This document shows positions 13,120 through 23,158 of a stretch of 38,218 nt of DNA, piece after piece. The notes under the pieces are model-generated. The model was not told the DNA's origin and did no database searches. It saw only the letters and a list, made by a program, of their open reading frames with translations. Source of the stretch: Accumulibacter sp. (lineage in GTDB: Bacteria; Pseudomonadota; Gammaproteobacteria; Burkholderiales; Rhodocyclaceae); NCBI GenBank assembly GCA_031284185.1, contig JAITAJ010000199.1, positions 1 through 38,218 of the forward strand. The letters run 5' to 3'. Each line of letters starts with the position of its first letter. Position 1 is the first letter of the stretch. Made by a program: the position numbers and the translations under genes.

Positions 13120-14232
13120 TCAGATTCTCATCGGCATCACGACGTACTTGAAGAACTCGTTGCCCGGCAGGGTCAACAAGGCGCTGGAATTGGCATCGTT
13201 GAAACCCCATTCGACGAATTCCGACGAGGCATTGTTGAGAACATCGAGCAAGTAACCGACGTTGAATCCCACGTCGATCGCATCCCCGGAATAATCGGTC
13301 TCGATTTCTTCCTGCGCTTCCTCGTGCTCCGCATTTGCCGCTACGATCTTCAAACTGCCCGGCGTCAGGATCAGGCGCACTCCCCGGAACTTTTCGTTGG
13401 TCAGAATCGCGGCTCGATTCAAGGACTGTAGCAAGGTAGTCCTGCTCAGGGTGACCGAATTCTTGAGACTTGGCGGAATGACCCGCTCATAGTCCGGGAA
13501 TTTTCCGTCGATCAACTTGGAAACCAAAACGATATTTCCGAACTGGAAGCGAATCTGGGCCGCCGTCATTTCAATCAGCACCGGGTCATCGCTGTCGGCA
13601 AGTAAACGGCTCAATTCGAGCACGGTCTTGCGCGGCAGAATGAGTTCCTGCTTCGGCACCGAAACATTTTCACCAAATGTCATATGAGCATACGCCAGCC
13701 GATGCCCGTCGGTCGCCACCGCTCGCAATTCGCCGCCATCAACCAACAGCAAGAGCCCGTTCAAATAGTACCGGACATCCTGCAACGCCATCGCGAACTG
13801 GGTCTGTGCCAACAAGTGACGAAACTGCTTCTGAGTCAACTCGATTCTTTTCGGCTCGGTTTCCGACATCGCCATGCGTGGAAAATCCTCGTCCGGCAAG
13901 GTCTGTAAATTGAAACGGCTCTTTCCGGCCTTGATCTGTAGCCGCTTGTCTTCGAGAGCGAGCGTGATTTCGCAATCGTCCGGCAAAGAACGCAAAATGT
14001 CCTGGAGTTTTCTCGCACCGACCGTCATTGCACCATCCCCATCCCCGGCTGACACTTCCGCCGAGGTGGTGATCTGTATCTCGATATCCGTTGCCAGAAA
14101 AGTCAACCTGTCGCCCTTCTTCTCCAGCAGGACGTTGGACAGGATCGGCAAGGTGTGGCGTTTCTCCACAATACCGGAAACCGACTGGAGAGGAACGAGA
14201 AGTGAATCGCGTTGAGTTTTCACTAGTATCAT
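13120..14232 (-). CDS. dnaN: DNA polymerase III beta sliding clamp
   Basis: HTLPILSNVLL, QDVRYYLNG, ATDGHRL, GKFPDYERVIP, YVVMPMRI. Confidence 0.98.
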   Translation of the reverse strand: MILVKTQRDSLLVPLQSVSGIVEKRHTLPILSNVLLEKKGDRLTFLATDIEIQITTSAEVSAGDGDGAMTVGARKLQDILRSLPDDCEITLALEDKRLQIKAGKSRFNLQTLPDEDFPRMAMSETEPKRIELTQKQFRHLLAQTQFAMALQDVRYYLNGLLLLVDGGELRAVATDGHRLAYAHMTFGENVSVPKQELILPRKTVLELSRLLADSDDPVLIEMTAAQIRFQFGNIVLVSKLIDGKFPDYERVIPPSLKNSVTLSRTTLLQSLNRAAILTNEKFRGVRLILTPGSLKIVAANAEHEEAQEEIETDYSGDAIDVGFNVGYLLDVLNNASSEFVEWGFNDANSSALLTLPGNEFFKYVVMPMRI

Positions 14233-14464
14233 TTTTATATAAATCCTATAAAGAGATAATCTTCAGAACAACTCTGTGGGTATCCTGAAATAATACTTGG
14301 ATATCAATGTGTTGGGTGAAAAAATGCACGTGCGGAACCCCTGTACTGTCTTGTGGATGAAAGTTGATAACTTGTTCACAGATGCATTTTCACGACTTTA
14401 TCTACCTTTTGAACACAGCTTTTTCACCCGGTTATCCACAACCCCTGCAGCCGGCTCCAGGGAG
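14233..14464. other. Probable chromosomal replication origin (oriC)
   Basis: dnaA-dnaN intergenic region. DnaA boxes: TTATCCACA 14432-14440 (perfect), TGTGGATGA 14352-14360, TTGTTCACA 14372-14380, AGTTGATAA 14362-14370, TGTGGGTAT 14275-14283, TTATCTACC 14398-14406. IHF consensus TATCAAtgtgTTG 14302-14314. AT-rich DUE-like tract at about 14230-14270. Confidence 0.8.
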
Positions 14465-15844
14465 CTAGCCTTTCAGTACCTGTAATAATACGTGTACATT
14501 GTGGTTGAGTTCATTATCCTTTTCACGCAAGGTGTCGATCGTCCGTACGGCGTGCAGAACCGTCGTATGATCGCGCCCGCCGAAGGCTTCGCCAATGGAT
14601 GGATAGCTTTGTGAAGTCAGGTTCTTGGCCAACCACATGGCGACTTGCCGGGGACGCGCTATCAGGCGTGAGCGCTTTTTTGAAAAAAGGTCCGAGACCT
14701 TGATCTTGAAATAGTCGGCGACCGTTTTCTGGATATTTTCTACGGTAATCTGACGGTTCACGGCGCCAATGAGATCCTTCAAGGCCTCCTTGGTCAATTC
14801 GAGATTGATCCTTCGTCCATAAAAGGATGCGTAAGCCAGCACCTTGTTCAACGCGCCTTCAAGCTCACGCACGTTCGAGTGAAGGTGTTTGGCGATGTAG
14901 AACGCGACCTCGTTATCGAGCGCAATCCCCTTGGTTTCCGCTTTTTTCTTCAGGATCGCCACGCGCATTTCTGTTTCCGGAGGCTCGACCTGTACCGTAA
15001 GTCCCCAGTCGAAACGGGTGATCAGGCGGTTTTCGAGCCCGGAAACATTCTTCGGGTAGGTGTCGCAAGTGATCACGATCTGCTTTTTCGTCTCGGTCAA
15101 TGTATTGAAGACGAAAAAAAACTCTTCCTGCGTCCGGTTCTTGCCGTTGAAGAACTGAACGTCATCGAGCAACAGGACGTCGAGCGAACGGTAATAATGC
15201 TTGAAGGCATCGAACGATTCCGTCTGGTAGGCACGCACCAAGTCAGAAAAATAGTCCTCCGCATGGACATAGCGGATGATCTTTTCGGGGCACTGCTTCA
15301 CGATGTGATTGCCGATGGCGTGGATGAGGTGGGTTTTTCCAAGCCCGGCTCCACCGTAAATGAACATCGGGTTGTAGGCGCCTTCGCCCGGATTCGTGGC
15401 TACGTGCAGCGAGGCGGCGCGCGCCAGATCGTTGGCCTTGCCGACGACCAGATTGTCGAAGCTGAAACTTTGGATCAGGCGCGTCTTTTCGTAGGCGTGG
15501 ATCGAGTAGGTTTTTGAAGCAGGCATATTGACGAAGCTGGGGCGACTGATCGACGCCGCCGGCTTCAAATCTTCGGAATCGGTGGACTGTCCGGCTTGCT
15601 GAAGCTCAACGGACAGGGAAATACAGACCGGGGCGGAGAAGTACTGATTGCCAAGCTCTTCGATGCGCCCGAGGTAGCGCTCCTTCACCCACTTCAGGAT
15701 GAACCCGTTTGGCGCTACGAGACGCAACTCCTTGTCCAGGGCATCCTCACCCTCCAGACGCAACGGACGAATCCAGGTGTTGAATTGCTGGGGTGAAAGC
15801 TCCTGCTCGAACTGACTCAGACAAGAATTCCAGAAACTGCCCAT
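14465..15844 (-). CDS. dnaA: Chromosomal replication initiator DnaA
   Basis: QQFNTWIRPL, GGAGLGKTHL, LLLDDVQF, SNVRELEGAL, FGGRDHTTVLHA. Start moved to MGSFW (15844); the ORF-track extension is likely spurious. Confidence 0.97.
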   Translation of the reverse strand: MGSFWNSCLSQFEQELSPQQFNTWIRPLRLEGEDALDKELRLVAPNGFILKWVKERYLGRIEELGNQYFSAPVCISLSVELQQAGQSTDSEDLKPAASISRPSFVNMPASKTYSIHAYEKTRLIQSFSFDNLVVGKANDLARAASLHVATNPGEGAYNPMFIYGGAGLGKTHLIHAIGNHIVKQCPEKIIRYVHAEDYFSDLVRAYQTESFDAFKHYYRSLDVLLLDDVQFFNGKNRTQEEFFFVFNTLTETKKQIVITCDTYPKNVSGLENRLITRFDWGLTVQVEPPETEMRVAILKKKAETKGIALDNEVAFYIAKHLHSNVRELEGALNKVLAYASFYGRRINLELTKEALKDLIGAVNRQITVENIQKTVADYFKIKVSDLFSKKRSRLIARPRQVAMWLAKNLTSQSYPSIGEAFGGRDHTTVLHAVRTIDTLREKDNELNHNVHVLLQVLKG

Positions 15845-15992
15845 TGCTAATATTTCAATAAAACCGAGACACGCTGGTTGATGAACACTCACGACTTTGA
15901 CACGGATTCGACGCGGAAAACGCATGATGCCTTGACCATCGCCGATGTTTCTCCGATGAACGGACGAACACCGACGACGCATTCAAGTCGGA

Positions 15993-16023
15993 ATTCTAAC
16001 CCGAGCGGGAATAGTTATCCACA
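15993..16023 (-). promoter_or_regulatory. dnaA promoter with overlapping DnaA box (autoregulation)
   Basis: Perfect TTATCCACA at 16015-16023 over the -35 region; minus-strand TAGAAT at 15998-15993. Confidence 0.7.
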
Positions 16024-16039
16024 GCCCGCGAAAAAATTA

Positions 16040-16057
16040 TCATGAACTTTTGAATCC
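16040..16057 (+). repeat. Right break-point motif TCATGAACTTTTGAATCC (IS-end-like or att-like)
   Basis: 17/18 identical to 4074-4091; 16 bp upstream of the dnaA-promoter DnaA box. Confidence 0.75.
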
Positions 16058-16395
16058 TCCTGTCCGGCAAACGGATGGCAAGTCTCCCCCGTCCATCATG
16101 CCGTCGCCTTCGTTTTCATCGGGTCGTTGAAATCGACGGTGCTTGGCAAGCGTCGCATTCCCGCCGCTCCTTCCACCTTTCTCAGGGAAATGGACAGGCT
16201 CGGCATCCATGCAACTGCTCCGGTGAGCCGCATCCTGACGCCTGACGTCCTGAGCCGTGCTAAACTCGGAAAGACAAACGATCGATTTTTCCAACATTGT
16301 CTCCTTTTTTTTCGTCCGCGTCGCAGTCGCGCTCCACTCCCGGCAAGCGCGTCGTCCGCGTCCACAAACCTGATGGGAATGCGAGGAAGGACCGG

Positions 16396-17676
16396 ATGGC
16401 CGCGAACATCCCGCCCTGCGGCCTGGACGCAAGCTCGCTCGGTTACAGTCTGCTGTTGGCGGCGCGGGTTCTCGTCCTCGTCCATGCCGGGAAGAGCCTG
16501 AACGAAGCGTTTTCTTTGCTGGCCGGTGAACCGGATGCCGCCCGCGCGGCGGCGCGGGACGCCATTTATGGGACCTTGCGCAGCCACGGGCGAGGTGAAT
16601 TCATCCTTGGCCGGCTGATGAAACAGCCGCTGACCCACGCCGAAACACAGGCGCTGCTCCTGGCCGCGCTCTATCGCCTGGAAACACGTCTGGAAGCCGC
16701 GCCGATGGTCGTCGATCAGGCCGTGGCGGCGGCAGGCGAGCTGACGAATGGCGCCCTGAAGGGGGTGGTCAACGGCGTGCTGCGTAACTTCCTGCGCCAG
16801 CGTGAGCGCTTGCTCACGGAACTGCGGCAGGATGACGTGGCGTATTTCCAGCATCCCGCCTGGTGGCTTTCGCGCCTACGCCGCGCCTACCCGGAAGACT
16901 GGCAGGGCATCGTCGCGGCGGACAACGGTCCGCCGCCGATGACCTTGCGGGTCAACGCGCGCAGGATTTCCGTCGACGATTATCTCGGGAAGCTACAGGC
17001 GGCGGGGATCGTGGCAAAACCGGCTGGCGCCGTGGGATTGATGCTCGAAACACCACAGCCGGTGAATCGTCTGCCGGGTTTTACCGAGGGATGGGTTTCC
17101 GTACAGGATGCCGGCGCCCAGCGCGCGGCGGAGTTGCTCGATCCGGCGGCTGGCGAGCGCATCCTGGATGCCTGCGCGGCGCCCGGGGGGAAGGCCGCGC
17201 ATCTCCTCGAACGCGCCGAAGCGGATCTGCTGGCGCTGGACATCGATGCCGCGCGCATGTTGCGTGTCGAAAACAACCTGAAGCGCCTGGGCCTGACGGC
17301 CGGAATGCGCGTGGCCGATTGTCTGGCGGTGGAACGGTGGTGGGACGGGCGCCGGTTCGACGCCATTCTCGCCGACGTGCCGTGTTCCGCTTCCGGTGTG
17401 GCGCGCCGCCACCCGGACATCAAGGCGCTGCGGCGCGAGAGCGACATCCGCAGGCTGGCGCATGCGCAGGCGGCGATTCTCGACGCGCTTTGGCCGACGC
17501 TCAAATCCGGCGGCAGATTGCTGTACGCGACCTGCTCGGTGTTCGTCGAGGAAAACGCGGCGCAAACCGATGCGTTCCTGGCGCGTTGGACGGATGCCCG
17601 GCGCATCGCTCAGGAACGGTGCTTGCCGAATCGTGAGAACGATGGTTTTTATTATGCGCTGCTGCGGAAAACCTGA
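16396..17676 (+). CDS. rsmB: 16S rRNA m5C967 methyltransferase RsmB (Sun)
   Basis: NusB-like N-terminus (VVNGVLRNFLR), HPAWW, PMTLRVN, SVQDAG, LDACAAPGGK, DVPCSASG, YATCS, DGFYYALL; ATG at 16396 after GAGGAAGG. Confidence 0.95.
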   Translation: MAANIPPCGLDASSLGYSLLLAARVLVLVHAGKSLNEAFSLLAGEPDAARAAARDAIYGTLRSHGRGEFILGRLMKQPLTHAETQALLLAALYRLETRLEAAPMVVDQAVAAAGELTNGALKGVVNGVLRNFLRQRERLLTELRQDDVAYFQHPAWWLSRLRRAYPEDWQGIVAADNGPPPMTLRVNARRISVDDYLGKLQAAGIVAKPAGAVGLMLETPQPVNRLPGFTEGWVSVQDAGAQRAAELLDPAAGERILDACAAPGGKAAHLLERAEADLLALDIDAARMLRVENNLKRLGLTAGMRVADCLAVERWWDGRRFDAILADVPCSASGVARRHPDIKALRRESDIRRLAHAQAAILDALWPTLKSGGRLLYATCSVFVEENAAQTDAFLARWTDARRIAQERCLPNRENDGFYYALLRKT

Positions 17677-18253
17677 GGCCTTCCTTCTCGGCTTCGCGCT
17701 CTTGCTTGCCGTCTGCGCGGCGCGCGCTTCCGACGTCACCGCCGAAAACGCGCGGCTCATCGCTGGCGAAGATGGCTACAGCCTGACCGCGGATTTCGCG
17801 GTGAACCTGAATCGGCGGCTCAAGGAGGCCGTGAATAAAGGGATCGCGCTTTATTTCACGGCGGACTTCGAGCTGACGCGCTCACGCTGGTACTGGTTCG
17901 ACCAGACGGTCGTGCGGCGCAGCAAGACCTTCCAGTTGTCCTATCACGCGCTGACCCGCCAGTATCGCCTGTCTTCCGGCGCGTTGCACCAGAGCTTCTA
18001 CTCGCTGGAAGACGCCTTGTGGGTGCTCTCTCATCTGCGCCACTGGCGGGTCATCGAAAAAGACGAGATCGACGGCGACGTCGATTATGTGGCCAGCGCC
18101 CGCCTGCGGCTCGATCCCTCCCAGATGCCCAAGACCTTTCAGGTCAGCGCGCTGTCGAACCGGGACTGGAGCCAGTCGTCCGACTGGCTGCTGTGGAGCT
18201 TCTCCGCCGGGGCGCCGCCGGAGGACGCTCACGAAAGCGGGGACGCCGAGTGA
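17642..18253 (+). CDS. DUF4390-family exported protein
   Basis: Signal-peptide-like N-terminus, RSRWYWFD, LSYHALTRQY, LDPSQMPKTFQVSAL; typical position between rsmB and ntrY. Confidence 0.8.
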   Translation: MVFIMRCCGKPEAFLLGFALLLAVCAARASDVTAENARLIAGEDGYSLTADFAVNLNRRLKEAVNKGIALYFTADFELTRSRWYWFDQTVVRRSKTFQLSYHALTRQYRLSSGALHQSFYSLEDALWVLSHLRHWRVIEKDEIDGDVDYVASARLRLDPSQMPKTFQVSALSNRDWSQSSDWLLWSFSAGAPPEDAHESGDAE

Positions 18254-20385
18254 AGACCCTGGTCGTCATCGCCTCGTCGATCGGTGGCATCCTCCTTTTT
18301 CTGCTGGCCTCGGCCAGCGCCAACAGCGCGCTTTTCGCCAAGCACTACCCCTGGCTGCTCGGCCTCAACGCGATCGTCGCGCTGGCGCTGTTCGCGCTCA
18401 TCGTCTGGCAAGTGCGGCTCCTGTGGCGGGAGCACCGGAGCAAAGTGTTCGGCTCGCGCCTGAAGTTCCGGCTGATGCTGGTCTTCGGGCTGATGGCGGT
18501 GCTTCCGGGGATGTTGATTTACGGCGTCTCCGTGCAGTTCGTCACCAAGAGCATCGAAACCTGGTTCGACGTGCGCGTGGAAAAGGCGCTCGAATCCGGT
18601 CTCGACCTCGGCCGGAGCACGCTCGATTCCCTGCTCGACGATCTTTCCGAGAAAGGGCGAACGCTCGCGCTGGAACTCGGCGAAATGCCGGAACAGCAAT
18701 GGCGCATCGCGCTTTCGCGTCTGCGCGAGCGAAGCGGCGTGCAGTACATCGCGCTGTTTTCCACCTCGGGGCAGTTGCAGGTCACGGCGACGAGCGATCT
18801 CTCCGTCATCCTGCCGCCGGCGCCGACGTTCGAGACATTGCGCCAGGCGCGTTCGGGGCGCGGATATCGTGAAATCGAAAGCGTCGGTCAGGATCTGGTG
18901 CTGCGCGTGCTGGTGCCGCTCATTCCCTCGGGTTTGGGCACGGAGATGCGCATCCTGCAACTGACCCAGCCGGTGCCGGGCAATCTTGCGCTCAATGCCC
19001 GGCGGGTACAGGATGTCTATCGTGATTACCAGGAACTTTCGCTCGGGCGGCAGGGACTGACGCGCATCTATGCCATGACCCTGACGCTGACCCTGCTGTT
19101 TGCTCTGTTTACCGCCATTGCCATGTCCTTCGTCATGGCGCGGCGCCTGTCCGCGCCGCTGTCCATTCTGGCCGAGGGCACGCAGGCCGTCGCCGCGGGC
19201 GACTTCACGCCGCGCCAGGCCATCGACAGCCACGACGAGCTGGGCATTCTGACCCATTCCTTCAACCGCATGACGCGGCAGCTCGACGAAGCCCGGCGCG
19301 ACACCGAGCGGCATCGCGTCGAAGTCGAATCGGCGCGCGCCTATCTCGAATCGATACTGGCCAACCTGTCCGCCGGCGTGCTGGTGTTCGACCGGCAATT
19401 TCGCCTGCGCACCGTCAACGACGGCGCGCAGACCATCCTGGATGACATGTTTACCGGGCTCGTGGATGAAGAGGTCAACGCCTGGCCGCGGCAGCAGATC
19501 ATGGGGCGGGTGATCCGCAACGCCTTCATCGAGCATGGCCGCAAGGAATGGCAGATGCAGATCGAGCTTTCCAGGCCGGGCGGCTCGCCGCAGATCCTGT
19601 CCTTGCGCGGCACGCAGCTTCCGGAGGGCATCGGCGGCGGTTTCGTGGTGGTGTTCGACGACGTGACGCAGCTGGTGGCCGCCCAGCGCAGCGCCGCCTG
19701 GGGCGAGGTGGCGCGACGCCTGGCGCACGAGATCAAGAACCCGCTGACGCCCATCCAGCTATCCGCCGAACGCTTGCAGCTCAAGCTGGCCGGCAGGCTG
19801 GACAAGGGCGATGCCGATATGCTCGCCCGTTCGACGCAGACGATCATCAACCAGGTGCAAGCCATGAAACGCATGGTCAACGAGTTTTCCGACTACGCCC
19901 GTCTGCCGCCGCCGACACTCGCCGAGATCGATCTCAACGCCCTGATCCGCGAGGTGCTGAACCTGTATGAGACTTCGCGGGCCGATATCGCGCTTGATCC
20001 CGATACGGCCCTGCCGCCGATTCTGGGCGACGCCGCGCAGTTGCGGCAGATCATCCACAATCTGCTGCGCAACGCCGAGGATGCGCAGATTTCCACGGCG
20101 AATCCGTCCATCCGCCTTTGCACGCGGCGAGCGGACGATATGGCCGAATTCACGGTCACCGACGCCGGGCCGGGGTTCCCGGAAGAAACGATGGGTCGCG
20201 TTTTCGAGCCTTATGTCACGACCAAGGCCGGCGGTACCGGTCTGGGTCTGGCGATCGTCAAGAAAATCGTCGACGAGCATCGCGGGCAGATACGCATCAA
20301 CAATCGTCCGCCGGGCGGCGCCGAAGTCAGTCTGCGCTTGCCGCTCGCGCTGGAACGGATGACACAAACATCGGAAGAGAATTGA
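18250..20385 (+). CDS. ntrY: NtrY-like sensor histidine kinase (HAMP/PAS)
   Basis: Multiple TM helices, HAMP (DELGILTHSFNRMT), H-box AWGEVARRLAHEIKNPLTPIQLSAERL, FEPYVTTK..GTGLGL; GTG at 18250 overlaps the upstream stop. Confidence 0.88.
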   Translation: MKTLVVIASSIGGILLFLLASASANSALFAKHYPWLLGLNAIVALALFALIVWQVRLLWREHRSKVFGSRLKFRLMLVFGLMAVLPGMLIYGVSVQFVTKSIETWFDVRVEKALESGLDLGRSTLDSLLDDLSEKGRTLALELGEMPEQQWRIALSRLRERSGVQYIALFSTSGQLQVTATSDLSVILPPAPTFETLRQARSGRGYREIESVGQDLVLRVLVPLIPSGLGTEMRILQLTQPVPGNLALNARRVQDVYRDYQELSLGRQGLTRIYAMTLTLTLLFALFTAIAMSFVMARRLSAPLSILAEGTQAVAAGDFTPRQAIDSHDELGILTHSFNRMTRQLDEARRDTERHRVEVESARAYLESILANLSAGVLVFDRQFRLRTVNDGAQTILDDMFTGLVDEEVNAWPRQQIMGRVIRNAFIEHGRKEWQMQIELSRPGGSPQILSLRGTQLPEGIGGGFVVVFDDVTQLVAAQRSAAWGEVARRLAHEIKNPLTPIQLSAERLQLKLAGRLDKGDADMLARSTQTIINQVQAMKRMVNEFSDYARLPPPTLAEIDLNALIREVLNLYETSRADIALDPDTALPPILGDAAQLRQIIHNLLRNAEDAQISTANPSIRLCTRRADDMAEFTVTDAGPGFPEETMGRVFEPYVTTKAGGTGLGLAIVKKIVDEHRGQIRINNRPPGGAEVSLRLPLALERMTQTSEEN

Positions 20386-20386
20386 C

Positions 20387-21649
20387 ATGGCGCAAATACT
20401 GGTCGTCGACGACGAAATGGGCATCCGCGAGTTGCTTTCGGAAATCCTGACCGACGAGGGGCACAGCGTCAGCCTGGCCGAAAACGCGGCGGCGGCGCGC
20501 AAGGCACGCAACGAAAAAAGGCCGGACCTGGTGCTGTTGGACATCTGGATGCCGGACACGGACGGTATTTCCCTGCTCAAGGAATGGTCGTCGGCCAATC
20601 TGCTGACCATGCCGGTGGTGATGATGTCCGGGCACGGGACGATCGATTCGGCGGTCGAGGCGACACGTGTCGGCGCGGTGGATTTCCTCGAAAAGCCGAT
20701 CGCCTTGCAGAAACTTTTGCAGACGGTCAAGAAAGCGCTGAAGCACGAGGTGCCCTCGTCCAGGCCGCCGCTGACGCTCGATGCCTTCGCGCGCTCGCCG
20801 CTGCTCAAGGATCTGAAGAAGCGGCTGGAACAGGCCACGGCCAACACGCGGGTTCTGCTGCTCAAGAGCGCCACCGGCAGTATCGCCGAAATCTGCGCGC
20901 GCACCCTGCACGCGCCGAGGACGCCGTGGCTCGACCTGTCGGCGTCGGGCGTGCCGCTGACCCAGGAGATGCTGGAGAACGCGGCGGGCGGCATGTTGTT
21001 CATCGCCGACCTGATGCTGTTCGGCCGTCTGCAACAGAAAAACCTCTCATTCGCCCTGGAACGGCTGGAGAAATACAATCTGCGCCTGGTGGCCGCCGTG
21101 TCGCGCCCGATGAGCGCGCTGGCCGAGGCCGGCTGGGATCATGCGCTGATCGCCCGGCTGGGGGACGTCTGGATCGCCCTGCCGCAACTGTCCGGGCACG
21201 TCGATGAGGTTCCCGAGATCGCCGCGCTGGTGTTGTCGCACCTGGTCGAGCGCCACGGCATCCCGCCCCGGCGGTTTTCCACGGCAGCATTGAATGCGTT
21301 GCGTCTGCATCACTGGCAGGGTGAATGGATGGAACTGCTGGCGGCGGTGAAAAATCTGGCGATCGCGGCGCTGGAGGACGAAATCACCGCCGAGGATGTC
21401 GAAAACATCCTGCAACACGACATGGACGCCGCGCCCCGCGCCGTCTCGCCGCTGCCCCTGTTCAACCGGCCCCTGCGCGACGCGCGCGAAGCCTTCGAGC
21501 GCCAGTATTTCGAGCATCATCTGAAGAACGAGCGCGGCAACATGACCCGCGTGGCCGAGAAGACCGGGCTCGAGCGCACGCATCTTTACCGCAAGCTCAA
21601 GCAACTGGGGCTGAATCTGGCGCGGCGCCCGGACGAAGCGGAACAGTGA
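20387..21649 (+). CDS. ntrX: NtrX-like response regulator (REC, degenerate AAA+, Fis HTH)
   Basis: [25 protein letters not shown] intact receiver; no Walker A or GAFTGA; [16 protein letters not shown]. Confidence 0.85.
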   Translation: MAQILVVDDEMGIRELLSEILTDEGHSVSLAENAAAARKARNEKRPDLVLLDIWMPDTDGISLLKEWSSANLLTMPVVMMSGHGTIDSAVEATRVGAVDFLEKPIALQKLLQTVKKALKHEVPSSRPPLTLDAFARSPLLKDLKKRLEQATANTRVLLLKSATGSIAEICARTLHAPRTPWLDLSASGVPLTQEMLENAAGGMLFIADLMLFGRLQQKNLSFALERLEKYNLRLVAAVSRPMSALAEAGWDHALIARLGDVWIALPQLSGHVDEVPEIAALVLSHLVERHGIPPRRFSTAALNALRLHHWQGEWMELLAAVKNLAIAALEDEITAEDVENILQHDMDAAPRAVSPLPLFNRPLRDAREAFERQYFEHHLKNERGNMTRVAEKTGLERTHLYRKLKQLGLNLARRPDEAEQ

Positions 21650-21665
21650 TCCGGGGAACATTCCG

Positions 21666-22733
21666 ATGAACCGGCCAGCCAACGATACCTTTCTGCGCGC
21701 CCTGCTGCGCCAGCCGACCGAGTACGCGCCCGTCTGGCTCATGCGTCAGGCGGGGCGCTACCTGCCCGAGTATTGCGAGACGCGCAAGCGGGTGGGCAGC
21801 TTCCCGGATCTGTGCAAGAGTCCGTCGCTCGCCTGCGAAGTGGCATTGCAACCCCTGGCCCGTTACCGCCTCGATGCCGCGATCCTGTTCTCGGACATTC
21901 TGACGGTGCCCGATGCGATGGGGCTGGGTCTGTATTTTTCCGAAAAAGGGCCGTGTTTTGAACGACCGTTGCGCGAGGAACGCGCGATCCGCGACCTCGC
22001 CGTCCCCGACCCTCACGGCCCGCTGCGTTACGTCATGGACGCGGTTACCGAGACCCGGCGCGCCCTGGCCGGTTCCGTGCCGCTGATCGGCTTTGCCGGC
22101 AGCCCGTTCACGCTGGCGTGTTACATGGTCGAGGGCGAGCCGGGCAGCGAATTCGCGCGTCTCAAGACGATGATCTATGACCGGCCGGATCTCGTCCATC
22201 GGATTCTGTCGACCAATGCCGAGGCCGTCACCGAGTACCTGAACGCGCAGATCGAGTCCGGCGTGCATGCCGTGATGCTGTTCGATTCCTGGGGAGGGTG
22301 TCTGTCGGAAGCGGCGTATCGTGAGTTTTCGCTGGCATACATGCGGCGGATCCTTGGCGGCCTGATCCGGGAAAGAGACGGGCAGCGCATTCCGTCGATC
22401 GTGTTCACCAAAGGCGGCGGCCTGTGGCTGGAAGAGATCGCCGCGTGCGGATGCGACGCGCTCGGACTGGACTGGACGATCGGCATCGGCGCGGCGCGGC
22501 GCAGAGTCGGAGAGCGCGTGGCCTTGCAGGGCAACCTCGATCCAAGTGTGCTGCTTGCCTCGCCGGATGCCATCATCCGCGAAACGCGGGCCGTGCTCGA
22601 CGACTTCGGCGCGCCCGGCACCGGGCATGTCTTCAATCTCGGCCACGGCGTTTCTCGATTCACACCGCCCGAGCACGTGGCGGTCCTCGTCGATACGGTG
22701 CATGATTACAGTCGGCGTCTGCGCGAAAAATAG
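21666..22733 (+). CDS. hemE: Uroporphyrinogen decarboxylase
   Basis: [57 protein letters not shown]. Confidence 0.97.
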   Translation: MNRPANDTFLRALLRQPTEYAPVWLMRQAGRYLPEYCETRKRVGSFPDLCKSPSLACEVALQPLARYRLDAAILFSDILTVPDAMGLGLYFSEKGPCFERPLREERAIRDLAVPDPHGPLRYVMDAVTETRRALAGSVPLIGFAGSPFTLACYMVEGEPGSEFARLKTMIYDRPDLVHRILSTNAEAVTEYLNAQIESGVHAVMLFDSWGGCLSEAAYREFSLAYMRRILGGLIRERDGQRIPSIVFTKGGGLWLEEIAACGCDALGLDWTIGIGAARRRVGERVALQGNLDPSVLLASPDAIIRETRAVLDDFGAPGTGHVFNLGHGVSRFTPPEHVAVLVDTVHDYSRRLREK

Positions 22734-22771
22734 TGGAAAAATCGTTTCGCGATCCGCTGCCGGGGGTTGAC

Positions 22772-22971
22772 TTATGCACAAAACTGTGTCGCCGCCAGCG
22801 ATTGCCGCAGAAAACCAGAAAAATCAGGAGCTTATTTTTATCTACATGATTTTATTGTGTTTTTTTGATTGCTGTTTTTTGCGGCAAGGGGTGACAAATC
22901 CTTGAAATGCTTGGATTCGGGACGTTTCGCCATGCACAATCCACAAACTTATCCACAGAAAATGTGCACAA
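22772..22971. promoter_or_regulatory. Second DnaA-box/IHF cluster
   Basis: TTATGCACA 22772-22780, CAATCCACA 22937-22945, TTATCCACA 22949-22957, TGTGCACAA 22963-22971; IHF-like AATCAGgagcTTA 22822-22834; T-rich tract 22832-22880. Confidence 0.7.
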
Positions 22972-23077
22972 CGGAAAATAGCCCGGCAGCTTAAGGAGTT
23001 ACGGTGGTTTTGCAGAAACCGGACGAGCAAGATGCGCCAAGTTACTCGCGGGATCATCGTAAATGCTCTGAATATAT

Positions 23078-23158
23078 GCGGCGCTTCGCGCCGGGTAAGA
23101 CGGAAAAACCGAGCGCTCGGGTTCTCTGTCTTCTGACTCCTGTCTTCCGTTCGCTGAA
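23078..23158. repeat. Modular palindromic/heptamer repeat element
   Basis: GCGGCGCTTCGCGCCGGGTAAGACGGAAAAACCGAGCGCTCGGGTTCTCTGTCTTCTGACTCCTGTCTTC, abutting the pilin stop codon. Confidence 0.85.

Noticed and set aside
16040-16432. 130-aa minus-strand ORF ending ...GGFKSS as a transposase remnant
   Set aside because: No DDE, HUH or recombinase motif is recognisable and it overlaps the rsmB start; only the terminal DNA motif is supportable.
20387-21649. Degenerate AAA+ domain in NtrX
   Set aside because: Loss or degeneration of the AAA+/GAFTGA region is already known for NtrX-type regulators; the receiver is intact.
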